From the NCBI GenBank assembly GCA_903842085.1, contig CAIMLA010000050.1:5133-69132 (forward strand): 64,000 bases of DNA, in the 5' to 3' direction. Position numbers and translations under genes: made by a program. Every line of letters begins with the position of its first letter. Positions within the stretch are counted from its first letter, which is position 1. Of the stretch, positions 30,335-40,871 are shown in pieces. The DNA is from an uncultured bacterium (lineage in GTDB: Bacteria > Patescibacteriota > CPR2 > UBA1875 > CAIMLA01). A model generated the notes under the pieces. It did no database searches and was not told the origin of the DNA. It saw only the letters and a list, made by a program, of their open reading frames with translations.

Positions 30335-31435
30335 TTAGAAATCTATTTTTTTGTAACGAATAATTATGCTTTCCAAGATCCCTATCGCGACGAGGGTTAT
30401 GACAATTGACGTTCCCCCAGAACTGACTAAGGGAAGAGGAATCCCCGTGACTGGCATTAGCCCAATATTCATGCCGATATTAATAAAAACGTGGAAAAAA
30501 AGCATAGCAAAAATCCCGGTCGCAAGATAGGTTCCAAAGTAATCTCTGGCCAGCATGGCCGTTCTGGCGGCCCGATACAGGATTACACCAAAAAGAACGA
30601 GGACCGCCAACGCGCCGACGAAGCCCATTTCTTCTGCCAAGGCCGCAAAAACAAAATCCGTATGTTTAAATGGCAGGAAGTTTAATTGTGATTGGGGTCC
30701 ATGGCCCAAGCCTCGACCAAGCCACCTTCCAGATCCAATCGCTATTATTGCTTGATTCACATTCCAGCCAGTCCCCATTGGATCTGCCGTCGGGTTAAAA
30801 AAAGTAAGAATTCTTTTCTTTTGGTACTCTTGGAGGAATTGATAGATGATCGGAGCTGAGGCCAGCCCGACGAGACCAATCAATAGTAAATATATTTTTT
30901 TAGCATTACTGACAAAAACCATCGCGACCCAGATAACAATGAAGGTCATCGCCGTCCCTAAGTCCGGTTGCATTAAGACAAGTCCGGTTGGTATCGCCAT
31001 ATACAGCAATGACAGGAGTAAAGTTTTCATTTTATATAGATCTCCGGATCTTTCAGCAAAAAACTTTGCCATGACTATAATCATAAATATTTTTGCAAGT
31101 TCTGAGGGCTGAAATTGAAAGAAGCCAAGGCTAATCCAACGCGTCGCCCCTAGAGAGGTTTTTCCCAAAAACTCCACAGCTAGTAACATTATTATTGTCA
31201 GTAGATATAATATGCCAGAAAAGTTTTTAAAGCTTCTGTAGTCAGTTCTTGCAATTAGAAACAAAAGAACTAAGCCGATTAAAGCATTGAACATTTGTTG
31301 CAAGGCTTCTTTCCCACCTCCAGAAATAGAAAAAGTGGTGGAATAGATAATGGCAACACTAAAACCAAGTAACAATAATGTTGCCAGTAGGATTACCCAA
31401 TCAAAATTTTTTGCAAATCGGAGATAACGTTTCAA
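30335..31435 (-). CDS. SEDS-family peptidoglycan glycosyltransferase (RodA/FtsW)
   Basis: 366 aa, ~10 TM, FtsW/RodA/SpoVE family motifs. Confidence 0.8.
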   Translation of the reverse strand: MKRYLRFAKNFDWVILLATLLLLGFSVAIIYSTTFSISGGGKEALQQMFNALIGLVLLFLIARTDYRSFKNFSGILYLLTIIMLLAVEFLGKTSLGATRWISLGFFQFQPSELAKIFMIIVMAKFFAERSGDLYKMKTLLLSLLYMAIPTGLVLMQPDLGTAMTFIVIWVAMVFVSNAKKIYLLLIGLVGLASAPIIYQFLQEYQKKRILTFFNPTADPMGTGWNVNQAIIAIGSGRWLGRGLGHGPQSQLNFLPFKHTDFVFAALAEEMGFVGALAVLVLFGVILYRAARTAMLARDYFGTYLATGIFAMLFFHVFINIGMNIGLMPVTGIPLPLVSSGGTSIVITLVAIGILESIIIRYKKIDF

Positions 31436-31437
31436 GA

Positions 31438-34332
31438 TTATTTAACTCTTTTTAAACCAATCCATATTTTTTTTCCTTCAATCTCGGCCTCTTCGCTATA
31501 ATCCATATTCTCATCAATACTTGAAGCTATTCTTTGACAGAGGGTCTCCCTAGTCAGATAATCGTTCCAAGTTTTCAATATGACTGCTTCTAGATTACTA
31601 TCTTTAGTCTTGAAGGCTATTTCAATTCTATCAGAAACATTGAAATTTGCTTTTTTCCTCATATCTTGGATCTTTCGAACTAGCTCACGGGCTAAACCTT
31701 CATCGGCTAATTCTTTAGTAATCTGTCTATCGATTACCACCTTCTCCGTCAGGCCAGAATCAAAGGTAATTGCTTTAATGTTTGTTTCTTCCCGAATTAT
31801 TTCTTCAAGCTCAGAGTCAAGTGACTTAAGATTATATTTCAGTAATGAAAGTGGCTGACGGACCTTGATCCCAAATTGTTTCCTTTGTGATAACCCCTCT
31901 TCAACTATCTCGCGAGTCTGGGCCATATTTACCAGAATTTCTTGATTAAGCTGCCTTGAACGAGGATATTCGCATAAATGAACAGAGGGTGGGTCTTGAG
32001 GCTGTTTTAAGCCGGCGTACAGTCTTTCCGCAAACATTGGCGTAAAAGGGGCTAATAAGATCGAAAGCTGTTTTAAAACGTCATACAGAGTCTCATAGGC
32101 CGAATTCTTGTCGACATCATTCTCGCTCTTCCAAAATCTTCTTCGAGACCGTCTAACATACCAGGTTGACAACTCTTGAACAAACTCAGTAATTAAATTT
32201 GACGGCTTATATGGGTCATAGTGATCAAGCCCCTTTACAATATTATGAGTAAGCTCGTTAAGCTTTTCTAAAATCCACTTATCCAAGATATTGTTAGAAA
32301 GATTTTTTCCTTTTGGTTTAAAATCGTCAATTTCGGCATAAAGCATAAAAAACGAGTAAACATTCCAAAGTGTCATAAATAAGTTTCGTGAAACCGAAAG
32401 GACTTCTTTTTCAATGAAAAGTTTAGGTTCCTCTGGCTTGTTAACCGAATACATGAAGAACCTGACCACGTCAGCCCCAAATTTCTCTAAAGCTTCGTCC
32501 GGAACGATCACGTTTCCTTTTGATTTAGACATTTTCTGACCTTTAGCATCTAAAACGTGACCGGTAGATATAACATTTTTATAAGCTGGTTCACCGCTAA
32601 CGATGGTCGAAATTGCAAGCAAAGTATAGAACCAGCCCCTAGTTTGATCGATTGCTTCACAGATAAAATCAGCGGGAAATTGATTATTGAATAATTCTTG
32701 ATTCTCAAATGGGTAATGATACTGCGCATATGGCATTGATCCAGAGTCAAACCAACAGTCAATCACTTCTGGAGTTCTTTTCATTTTGCCGCCACAGTGA
32801 CATTCAAACTCTATTGTATCAACGTAAGGCCGATGTGGTTCGACGTTATCTATTTGATCCAAAGTCGTGATAACCTTATACTCTTCACAATTTTCGCATT
32901 CCCAAATTGGTAGTGGTGTCCCCCAGTACCTGTCTCTTGACAGGGCCCAATCGATATTATTTTCTAGCCAGTTTCCAAATCTTCCGTCCCTGAGATGTTT
33001 GGGATTCCAATTGATTTTTTTATTATTTAAAATCATTTCCTGATTTATTTTGGTCGTCGCAACATACCAGCTATTTCTTGCATAATATAAAAGGGGGGAG
33101 TTACAGCGCCAGCAAAATGGGTAATCGTGAGTAAACTCTTCGGTTTTGAATAAAAGACCCCTGTCTTTAAGATTTGATTTGACCTCCTGATCGGCCTCTT
33201 TTACAAATTTTCCTTTACCTGCTCCAGCCAAAGCGATGCCTTGCTCGTCAACAGTCTTTAATATTTTAATTCCATTCTTTTCATAGCCCCACTCATAGTC
33301 TTCTTGTCCAAAGGCTGGAGCGATATGGACGATGCCAGTCCCATCTTTATCTGAGACATAGTCTGCCACGATTAATTTATAGGTTCTCTCTCCAGACTCA
33401 GCAAAATCTAATCCATCTGGATAAAGAGCTTGATAGTCCGCCGTCCCTTCTTCAAGACTATACTCAGAGATTAGTTCTTGACCTTTGAATTTTTTTAGCA
33501 CCTTAAAGCCATCTTCGAGAACTTGTCTCAACCGGCTTTCAGCGACTACGTACTTACTCTCATTTTTTTCGACTAAGACATAATCAAGATTCCCGCCAAA
33601 GGCTAAAGCCACATTCCCCGACAACGTCCAAGGGGTGGTGGTCCAAACTAAAAAGTTGAGATCTTCTTTGGTTGATTTAAAAAGGATATAGACCGATTCT
33701 TCCTTTAGACTTTGATAGCCTTGGGCAACTTCGTGTGATGATAGTGCCGTTCCACAGCGTGGGCAATAAGGGACAATTTTATAGCTTTTGTATAAAAGTC
33801 CTTTTTTATTAATCTCACCAATAATATTCCAGACACTTTCGATGTATTTAGGCTCATAGGTTACATAAGGATTTTTCATATCAACCCAATAGCCCATGCG
33901 TGTCGTCATCTCTTCCCACAGAGTTTTATTTTGCCAGACAGACTCTCGACAAAGTTTGTTAAATTTCTCTATCGAGTCATATTTGTTGCCTTCAACGATA
34001 TTTTCGATTTGTTGCTTTCCAGAAATTCCAAGCTCCTTTTCAACCTGTAACTCAACAGGCAAACCATGAGTATCCCAGCCGGCCTTTCTTTCAACATGAT
34101 AGCCTTCCATTGTTTTATATCTCGCAAAAAGATCCTTAAAGGCTCTGGCTAAGACATGGTGAAGACCTGGCTGACCATTGGCCGTTGGCGGTCCTTCATA
34201 AAAAACAAAGTTACCCTTCTTGGCTTTTTTCTCTAAGGTTTCTTTAAAAACATCGTCCTTCTTCCAAAAAGATAATATTTTTTTCTCTTCCTCGGCTAAA
34301 TTAAGTTTTGGATCAACTTTCTTAAAAGACAT
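31438..34332 (-). CDS. ileS: Isoleucyl-tRNA synthetase
   Basis: 964 aa class I. HxxH (PGLHHV), KMSKS, and IleRS-type WALSRDRYWGTPLP and zinc cysteines. Confidence 0.9.
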   Translation of the reverse strand: MSFKKVDPKLNLAEEEKKILSFWKKDDVFKETLEKKAKKGNFVFYEGPPTANGQPGLHHVLARAFKDLFARYKTMEGYHVERKAGWDTHGLPVELQVEKELGISGKQQIENIVEGNKYDSIEKFNKLCRESVWQNKTLWEEMTTRMGYWVDMKNPYVTYEPKYIESVWNIIGEINKKGLLYKSYKIVPYCPRCGTALSSHEVAQGYQSLKEESVYILFKSTKEDLNFLVWTTTPWTLSGNVALAFGGNLDYVLVEKNESKYVVAESRLRQVLEDGFKVLKKFKGQELISEYSLEEGTADYQALYPDGLDFAESGERTYKLIVADYVSDKDGTGIVHIAPAFGQEDYEWGYEKNGIKILKTVDEQGIALAGAGKGKFVKEADQEVKSNLKDRGLLFKTEEFTHDYPFCWRCNSPLLYYARNSWYVATTKINQEMILNNKKINWNPKHLRDGRFGNWLENNIDWALSRDRYWGTPLPIWECENCEEYKVITTLDQIDNVEPHRPYVDTIEFECHCGGKMKRTPEVIDCWFDSGSMPYAQYHYPFENQELFNNQFPADFICEAIDQTRGWFYTLLAISTIVSGEPAYKNVISTGHVLDAKGQKMSKSKGNVIVPDEALEKFGADVVRFFMYSVNKPEEPKLFIEKEVLSVSRNLFMTLWNVYSFFMLYAEIDDFKPKGKNLSNNILDKWILEKLNELTHNIVKGLDHYDPYKPSNLITEFVQELSTWYVRRSRRRFWKSENDVDKNSAYETLYDVLKQLSILLAPFTPMFAERLYAGLKQPQDPPSVHLCEYPRSRQLNQEILVNMAQTREIVEEGLSQRKQFGIKVRQPLSLLKYNLKSLDSELEEIIREETNIKAITFDSGLTEKVVIDRQITKELADEGLARELVRKIQDMRKKANFNVSDRIEIAFKTKDSNLEAVILKTWNDYLTRETLCQRIASSIDENMDYSEEAEIEGKKIWIGLKRVK

Positions 34333-34427
34333 GATTATATTATACAGATTTTAGGCTTATCTGAACACACTTTTATTGTTATTTGGTAAAAGCGCCTGTA
34401 GCTGGAGCTACAAGCGCTTTATGTCAT

Positions 34428-35810
34428 TCAGTCCTTTCTTTTGGGCAATCTTAGTTTTTTGAGTGATTTGACGTAAGCCTTATTTCTGATATCTTTACGC
34501 CAAGCCCTAACGGTTATATAGCCCCAACCTCTAAGAATAATTTTTACCTTTTGAAAGGTTAGAATTGACGTGAGAATTCTCTTGAATGCATAGAATCGGA
34601 CATAGCCTTTAATTATTTCACTTTGAAGCTCGTACGGTGACATATTCTTTGGCTTAAAGACAACATGATGAGCGTCGTAATGGCTCCAGTCTAAATCAAA
34701 GATTCGACCTTTACCTTCTAGCTCCTGGAATAATTCTGTCCCAGGTAGTGGCGTTAAAATATTTGGCATAATGGTGTCTATCTTATGCTTCAAGGCAAAA
34801 TCGATCGTCTCGCGAATAGTTGATTTTTGATCCGTGTCGGCCCCCAAAACAAACATTCCATGACTTCGTATATTATACTGGTGTAATATCCCAATGGCTT
34901 TAACGATTTCCTCTACTTGTTGTGACTTGTGAAAATTATCAAGAGTTTCTTGATTAATCGACTCTAACCCTAGATAGACTAGCCAGGCTCCACTTCTAGC
35001 CATTAGGTCAAGCATCTCAGGATCTTTTGCAACATCAACCCTCATCTGAGCACTCCACCGAATCTTAATTCTTTCTTTTAGAATCATTGAGAGAAGGATT
35101 TTCAGTCTGGCATGATTTGCGGCGAGGTTATCATCGTAAAAGAAAATGTTTGTTGCTTTTTTTTCTTTAATTTCTTCGATAACCTTTTCTGGAGATCGAT
35201 ACCGATATTTTTTGCCGAACATGGCCGTGACTGAGCAAAAGTTGCAGTCGAAAGGACAGCCCCAACTCGTCATTATGGGGGTTATCGTTATCTCTTGATG
35301 GTTTTTTATCAGGGTCAGGTCAGGAAAAGGTAAATCATCTAGATTTTGAACTCTTCTGCCAATCGGGTTATTTATCGTAATCCCTCTTTTTTTGTAAGAC
35401 AAGCCGGAAATTGCTTCCAAGGTCGCCTTACCTTCCAGGAAATTCACTAACTCTGACATGATTCTGTTGCCTTGCTCTCCGACTGCGACAAAATCACTAT
35501 GCCTTAAAGCTTCTTCTGTCATAAAGGTCACGTGTGGACCACCCATAATGACTGGAATGCCATTAAGACGCAGCCTATCTGCCATTTCATAAGCTTGATT
35601 GATGGTTGATGTCGTCGCCGAAAATCCAACCAAATCAGCCGCTAAAAGATCTTCCCAATCTATTGGTGCTAGATCGAGGACGTAGATAGAAACATCGTGA
35701 CCATCGCGAACTAACCCTGCCCCAATCATTGGCAAGCCGAGTCTCGGCATTTTAAACTTAGAAAATACGTGGACCCCTGCTGGTGCTGGTTCAACTAGTC
35801 TGATCTTCAT
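34428..35810 (-). CDS. B12-binding domain radical SAM protein (class B rSAM)
   Basis: N-terminal cobalamin-binding Rossmann domain then a CxxxCxxC cluster (CPFDCNFC). Confidence 0.75.
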   Translation of the reverse strand: MKIRLVEPAPAGVHVFSKFKMPRLGLPMIGAGLVRDGHDVSIYVLDLAPIDWEDLLAADLVGFSATTSTINQAYEMADRLRLNGIPVIMGGPHVTFMTEEALRHSDFVAVGEQGNRIMSELVNFLEGKATLEAISGLSYKKRGITINNPIGRRVQNLDDLPFPDLTLIKNHQEITITPIMTSWGCPFDCNFCSVTAMFGKKYRYRSPEKVIEEIKEKKATNIFFYDDNLAANHARLKILLSMILKERIKIRWSAQMRVDVAKDPEMLDLMARSGAWLVYLGLESINQETLDNFHKSQQVEEIVKAIGILHQYNIRSHGMFVLGADTDQKSTIRETIDFALKHKIDTIMPNILTPLPGTELFQELEGKGRIFDLDWSHYDAHHVVFKPKNMSPYELQSEIIKGYVRFYAFKRILTSILTFQKVKIILRGWGYITVRAWRKDIRNKAYVKSLKKLRLPKRKD

Positions 35811-35885
35811 CTCAAGCCTCCGATAAGATGCTTTTCAAGGAACTGCCTATTATTATACAGACATCGACAAACCTTAGATATTGTC

Positions 35886-36413
35886 TTATTTTAGGCCAAA
35901 GGTAAATGTTTCTGGATCCATAAAAACTGGAGACATTGGAGGACTGTAAGTTGCCACCACGAAAAATATTAGAATAATAACCAAACCACCTAAATAAAAA
36001 TATCCAGGGAGCTTTGGTGCATAATTATCTTTTATTATTTTATAGCTTAAGCCGTAACTGGCCATCATCACGACCGCGAAGATCAAGATATCGATCACGA
36101 CATTTTCGACTCCGAAAGCACCAGTATAAAAATAAAATATCATTAAGATCGCGAGCATGCCAACGACAGTTTGAGCTAATTTTGCAAAATAAAAGGTTTT
36201 TTTATTTTTTATAAAAAAAATCTCAAAACCCATATAAATCAAGATTGGGAAAAACAAAAGCTTCAAATGCTCCCAAGGACTTTCATTAATTGCACTAAAC
36301 CAAGCAAAGGCCGCGATACTAGTTTTGTCGTATAAAAAATGAAGGCCTGCCCCAAAGAATACGCCAAAAATAGCTCCAATCGTTTCAACTTTTTTAATTG
36401 TTAGATTTTTCAT
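35886..36413 (-). CDS. Hypothetical small membrane protein
   Basis: 175 aa, ~5 TM, directly upstream of the B12-rSAM gene on the same strand. Confidence 0.4.
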   Translation of the reverse strand: MKNLTIKKVETIGAIFGVFFGAGLHFLYDKTSIAAFAWFSAINESPWEHLKLLFFPILIYMGFEIFFIKNKKTFYFAKLAQTVVGMLAILMIFYFYTGAFGVENVVIDILIFAVVMMASYGLSYKIIKDNYAPKLPGYFYLGGLVIILIFFVVATYSPPMSPVFMDPETFTFGLK

Positions 36414-36532
36414 CTTCCTCCTTTGCCCTGCTTCCTTGAAATTGTTAGCTTAAGGTGACTCAATTCTTTAATTATCTTAAATTTCTTCGACAAATCTTGC
36501 TCTTCGCTATTTTACTACAATCAAGATCCAAA

Positions 36533-36754
36533 TTATTTATTTATTTCAAATATTTTATGTCTTGATGTTTTACCTGCAATCAATACCACTTTATGCTTTG
36601 GTAGATTTAGAAATTGGCAAAGAACTTCTCTGACTTTTTTATTTGCCTCTCCTTTGATTGGTTTTGCTTTAACATAAACTTGGTATTCTTTTTCCGATAT
36701 TTGCACAACCCTTGATTGAGAAGAACTAGGCTTAACTCTAATATTTATTTTCAT
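36533..36754 (-). CDS. DUF167 (YggU-like) protein
   Basis: 73 aa. The pattern ...KVKP...KGEANKKVREVLCQFL... matches the YggU/UPF0235 family. Confidence 0.55.
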   Translation of the reverse strand: MKINIRVKPSSSQSRVVQISEKEYQVYVKAKPIKGEANKKVREVLCQFLNLPKHKVVLIAGKTSRHKIFEINK

Positions 36755-36821
36755 TGTTTTTCTGGCTCGCTGTTAAATAATAACTAGTTAAAACATCCTT
36801 CATTAAAAAATCTTGAGTTAA

Positions 36822-39548
36822 TTATCCAGAAGTTTTTTCTGAAAAGTTCGCTTTATTTTGATATTCTTGATGACTAAACTTTTTAAATAGTTCAAGGATT
36901 ATCATGTAAACAAAGGCCAGACTTGCGGCAATCCCCCAGCCAAGAAAAGAGATACTAGCCATGCTGGCAAAATCTTCTAAAAGAGGAACATAGATTAGTA
37001 AATTTATAAAAACAAAAGAAAGACTGATTGAAATCCAAATTCTTTTACTGCCAAAGAGCCGCCAAATCGGTTTCTTACTCGAACGAATCGAGAAAGCTTG
37101 CACATATTCACACAATGCCATCGTTGCATAAGTGACTGTTGTCGCCATAAAATATAATTTTTCGTTCGGAAATTGATCTCCCCAATGCCAGCCATTTAAA
37201 TACCCAAAAATACAGAAACCTAGTGTTGCAAGTAGTCCCAAAATCAAACCACTTCGTAAAAAATAAAAAATGGTTTCTTTCCCAAATAAGATATCTGATC
37301 TCGATCTTGGTGGTTTTAACATGACATCATCCTCTTGCTCGTCTCCTGCCAGGGCCAGCGCGGGAAATACTTCAGCCCCCAAATCGACTAATAATATCTG
37401 GATGACCGTAATCGGAGGCATCCCAATGATTAGACCGAATGTAATGGCCGTAAATTCAGCAAAGTTTGAAGTGAAAACAAATTTGGTTACTTTTTTAATG
37501 TTCTCATAGACGATTCTGCCTTCTCTTATGGCCCAGACAATCGAAGAAAAACTATCATTTAATGAGACCATCTCAGCTGCTTCTTTTGTAACGTCGGTTC
37601 CACTTAGACCCATTGCGACCCCAATATCGGATGTTTTTAAGGCTGGAGCATCGTTAACCCCATCTCCGGTTACAGACACAATGCAACCGTGGGTCTGTAA
37701 GACTTTAACTAATCTTAATTTATGCGTCGGCTCAACCCGAGAAAAAAGAACATCTTCACGCTCTAGGATATCATAAAGATCTTTATCGTTAATTTTGTTC
37801 AGTTCGTTGCCTTCAATTATTCTTGGATTTTCGTTTAGCTTAATCCTTTTTCCAACCGCGGCAGCAGTAATCCCATAATCTCCTGTGGCCATGATAATCT
37901 TGATCCCAGCATTTTTTGCCATCCTGATTGTTTCCGCCACATCTTCACGGGGCGGATCGATAATACCAAAAAGGCCTAAAAAAATTAGCTCAGAATCGAT
38001 TGTTGTTTTTCCTACTTCTTTATACGCGATAGCCATGACCCGAAGTGCATCCTGAGAATATCGATCTTCAACTTGATTTATGTTTTGAAGGTCCTCACTT
38101 GTGAGTCGCTCCACCTTCCCTTTCTTGTAAATTTTTGTGCATTTATTAATGACGGTATTGGTCGCCCCTTTTACAAAAACTAAATCTTTTCCATCTATCT
38201 TGACGGCCTTGGCCATAAACTTCCGCTCTGAAGTGAACGGTATTTCTTCGAGCTCCTTCGCCTCTTCCTTTATTTTATATGTGTCGAGACCAGCCTTTTC
38301 GGCGGCCACTAGCAAGGCGATCTCGGTTGAATCACCGCTATAGTCAGGCTTATTGTGATTTTTTGTGTCAATTTCTGCTTCATTGGCGATAGTTGCGCCT
38401 TGAAACAATAAGTTGGCCTTTGCTAATTTTTCTTTATCACAAAATTTTCCTTCACACGTAATCTCTCCGATGAGATTATAGCCAACGCCTTTGATATGAA
38501 AATTTTCTCCGTCAAAGTACATTTCTTTAGCAGTCATCTCATTTTTGGTTAAGGTCCCAGTTTTGTCCGTAATGATATAGTTTGCTTCTCCGAGTGTTTC
38601 GACGGCTGATAACCTTCTAATAGCCGCTTTTCGCCGCGCCATTTTCTGTATTCCTATCGCCAGCGCAATTGAAACTGTAGCCGGTAAGCCTTCGGGCACA
38701 AGAGACGACGCGACTCCAATCGCAAACCTAAAAGACCCTAGTAAGTCAAAATATCCTTTTGAGATTGTATATATGATTAAAAGCAGAATTACCACCCCGA
38801 GCGTTGCTTTAGCGACTACTTTGGCAATTCGATCGACTTCTATTTGAAGTGGTGACTTGGAAAACTTTTGCTCATCTGTCGCTTTGGCAATTTTTCCAAA
38901 ATGGGTTTCCATCCCAGTTGCGACCACAACTCCGATCCCATTTCCTGAGATGATATTTGTACCCATAAATACAGTTCCAGCGATATCAACAATATTCTTC
39001 TTGCTATCTTCAGTTTTTAGGGCTTCCTTTCTTTGTGATTCAGATTCGCCCGTTAAGGCAGCCTCATTTGTCTCTAACTCATTTGCAGAGATTAACCTAA
39101 TGTCCGCTGGCACCTTCATTCCTTCTGACAATATGATAATGTCACCCGGCACAAGTTCAACTGCGTTAATAATTTTCCGATCATTGCCTCTAAGAGCTGT
39201 GGCAGTCTGGGCGACATATTCTTTAAGTGCATCAATCGCTTTGTCTGCTTTAAACTCCTGGAAAAAACCGATCGTGCTATTAGCCACAACAACTAAGAAA
39301 ATAATTAAAGCATCCTTTGGTGCTCCTAATAATAAAGCTAGGACAGACGCAATCAATAGGATAATCGCCAAAAGATCGGTAAATTGCAACAAATATTTAA
39401 ATATATAAGGTGTCTTTTTTTGTTCTTTTAGCTTATTGGAACCATATTGTTTTCTTTTTTCCTCAATTTCAATATCACTGAGACCGTCTTCGCTAGTCTC
39501 AAGTTTCTTCATTACCTCATAAATGTCGGCGTAATAGAAGGTTGACAT
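36822..39548 (-). CDS. Cation-transporting P-type ATPase, type II (Ca2+/Na+-like)
   Basis: DKTGTLT phosphorylation site, PEGLP in TM4, TGDGVNDAPAL hinge, ~10 TM. Confidence 0.85.
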   Translation of the reverse strand: MSTFYYADIYEVMKKLETSEDGLSDIEIEEKRKQYGSNKLKEQKKTPYIFKYLLQFTDLLAIILLIASVLALLLGAPKDALIIFLVVVANSTIGFFQEFKADKAIDALKEYVAQTATALRGNDRKIINAVELVPGDIIILSEGMKVPADIRLISANELETNEAALTGESESQRKEALKTEDSKKNIVDIAGTVFMGTNIISGNGIGVVVATGMETHFGKIAKATDEQKFSKSPLQIEVDRIAKVVAKATLGVVILLLIIYTISKGYFDLLGSFRFAIGVASSLVPEGLPATVSIALAIGIQKMARRKAAIRRLSAVETLGEANYIITDKTGTLTKNEMTAKEMYFDGENFHIKGVGYNLIGEITCEGKFCDKEKLAKANLLFQGATIANEAEIDTKNHNKPDYSGDSTEIALLVAAEKAGLDTYKIKEEAKELEEIPFTSERKFMAKAVKIDGKDLVFVKGATNTVINKCTKIYKKGKVERLTSEDLQNINQVEDRYSQDALRVMAIAYKEVGKTTIDSELIFLGLFGIIDPPREDVAETIRMAKNAGIKIIMATGDYGITAAAVGKRIKLNENPRIIEGNELNKINDKDLYDILEREDVLFSRVEPTHKLRLVKVLQTHGCIVSVTGDGVNDAPALKTSDIGVAMGLSGTDVTKEAAEMVSLNDSFSSIVWAIREGRIVYENIKKVTKFVFTSNFAEFTAITFGLIIGMPPITVIQILLVDLGAEVFPALALAGDEQEDDVMLKPPRSRSDILFGKETIFYFLRSGLILGLLATLGFCIFGYLNGWHWGDQFPNEKLYFMATTVTYATMALCEYVQAFSIRSSKKPIWRLFGSKRIWISISLSFVFINLLIYVPLLEDFASMASISFLGWGIAASLAFVYMIILELFKKFSHQEYQNKANFSEKTSG

Positions 39549-39663
39549 CTATTAGCATTCTAAGCTAATTTAAGTAAATTTAAAAATATTTTCTTTTATC
39601 AAGAAAGTTTTGTATAGTGGATGTGTTCATGCATAGTTTATAAATACTCCTAAAAGGAGACCA

Positions 39664-40866
39664 ATGAAAAAAGTTATCATCGCGTTTGTTGTCATAATAA
39701 TATTTATTTCTTCACTTGCTGCCTTAAGTGTCTATTTTTATAAAGAAAGGAAAAATAAGGAATTAGATGAAAAGCTTTCTACTGAGCAAGATTTACTGCT
39801 CGACTCTCTTGGTAATGGCAAACTTTCCCTCAATGATCCTTATTTAAATAAAACCTTGGATTTAAATTTTAAGGACAACTTATCTGAAATCAATAACAGC
39901 AGTGACAAAGCTAAATATCAGATTATTGATGCTATCCAGCCCTACAACATGGACAATAGCCCAGAAAAAGAATATCCGTTTATTGTCAAGGCCGAATATA
40001 CAGATAAATCTTTTGTTTACTTATTAATCTCACATATTAGTGGCAATAAGAAGACAACCGTAGACCTAGTCAATATCGGCAAGTCATCCCAAATTGAAGA
40101 CATTCATCGACAGGGTCAAGAGGTTTTGGTCGACGCAAACATCCCAACTGATCAGGGTACAACCGAACAAGCAATTCTATCTTACACCTTAAACAATGAT
40201 AAAATTATTCCAGATAACAATAATATTGATATCTCAAAAACAATTATTGTTCAAAAACCAGCGCCTGTTAATGTCCCAGTTAAGCAAACTGATAATTCTG
40301 GATCTAGTGGGAATATCGCCTTAACCTTCGATGATGGCCCCGGTACATATACACCTCAAATATTAGCGGCCTTAAATCAATACGGAGTCAAAGCGACGTT
40401 TTTTGAGATTGGTCAAAACGCCGATGCCCATCCGGACTACGTTAAACAAATACTAGCCAGTGGTCATATTCTAAGTGATCATACCTACACCCACCCAGAT
40501 TTGACAAAACTAAGCATAGACGCTCAACAAGATGAGATCTCCAAAGCAAAACAAGCGATTCAAAATATTGCCGGAACGGCCATTACTTTCTTTCGGCCAC
40601 CATATGGAGCCTATAACTCCGATACAGACACTATAATGCCCTCTCTGTCCCTCCAAAAAGTCTTATGGAACGTCGATCCAAGAGATTGGTCAGGAATTCC
40701 TGCTAGCTCAATCTCTCAGAACGTCTTAGCTAATACCAAAAGTGGTTCCGTCGTCTTAATGCATGATGGCGTGGCAAATTCGGTTGAAACAGCAAAAGCC
40801 TTACCTACTATCATTGAAGGACTTAGGGCGAGCGGTTTTAAGTTTGTAACGCTAAAGGAGCTTTAA
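39664..40866 (+). CDS. Polysaccharide (peptidoglycan/chitin) deacetylase, NodB homology domain, membrane anchored
   Basis: N-terminal TM and a long linker, then NodB motifs (TFDDGP, HTYTHPDL, LMHD). Confidence 0.8.
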   Translation: MKKVIIAFVVIIIFISSLAALSVYFYKERKNKELDEKLSTEQDLLLDSLGNGKLSLNDPYLNKTLDLNFKDNLSEINNSSDKAKYQIIDAIQPYNMDNSPEKEYPFIVKAEYTDKSFVYLLISHISGNKKTTVDLVNIGKSSQIEDIHRQGQEVLVDANIPTDQGTTEQAILSYTLNNDKIIPDNNNIDISKTIIVQKPAPVNVPVKQTDNSGSSGNIALTFDDGPGTYTPQILAALNQYGVKATFFEIGQNADAHPDYVKQILASGHILSDHTYTHPDLTKLSIDAQQDEISKAKQAIQNIAGTAITFFRPPYGAYNSDTDTIMPSLSLQKVLWNVDPRDWSGIPASSISQNVLANTKSGSVVLMHDGVANSVETAKALPTIIEGLRASGFKFVTLKEL

Positions 40867-40871
40867 ACCCG

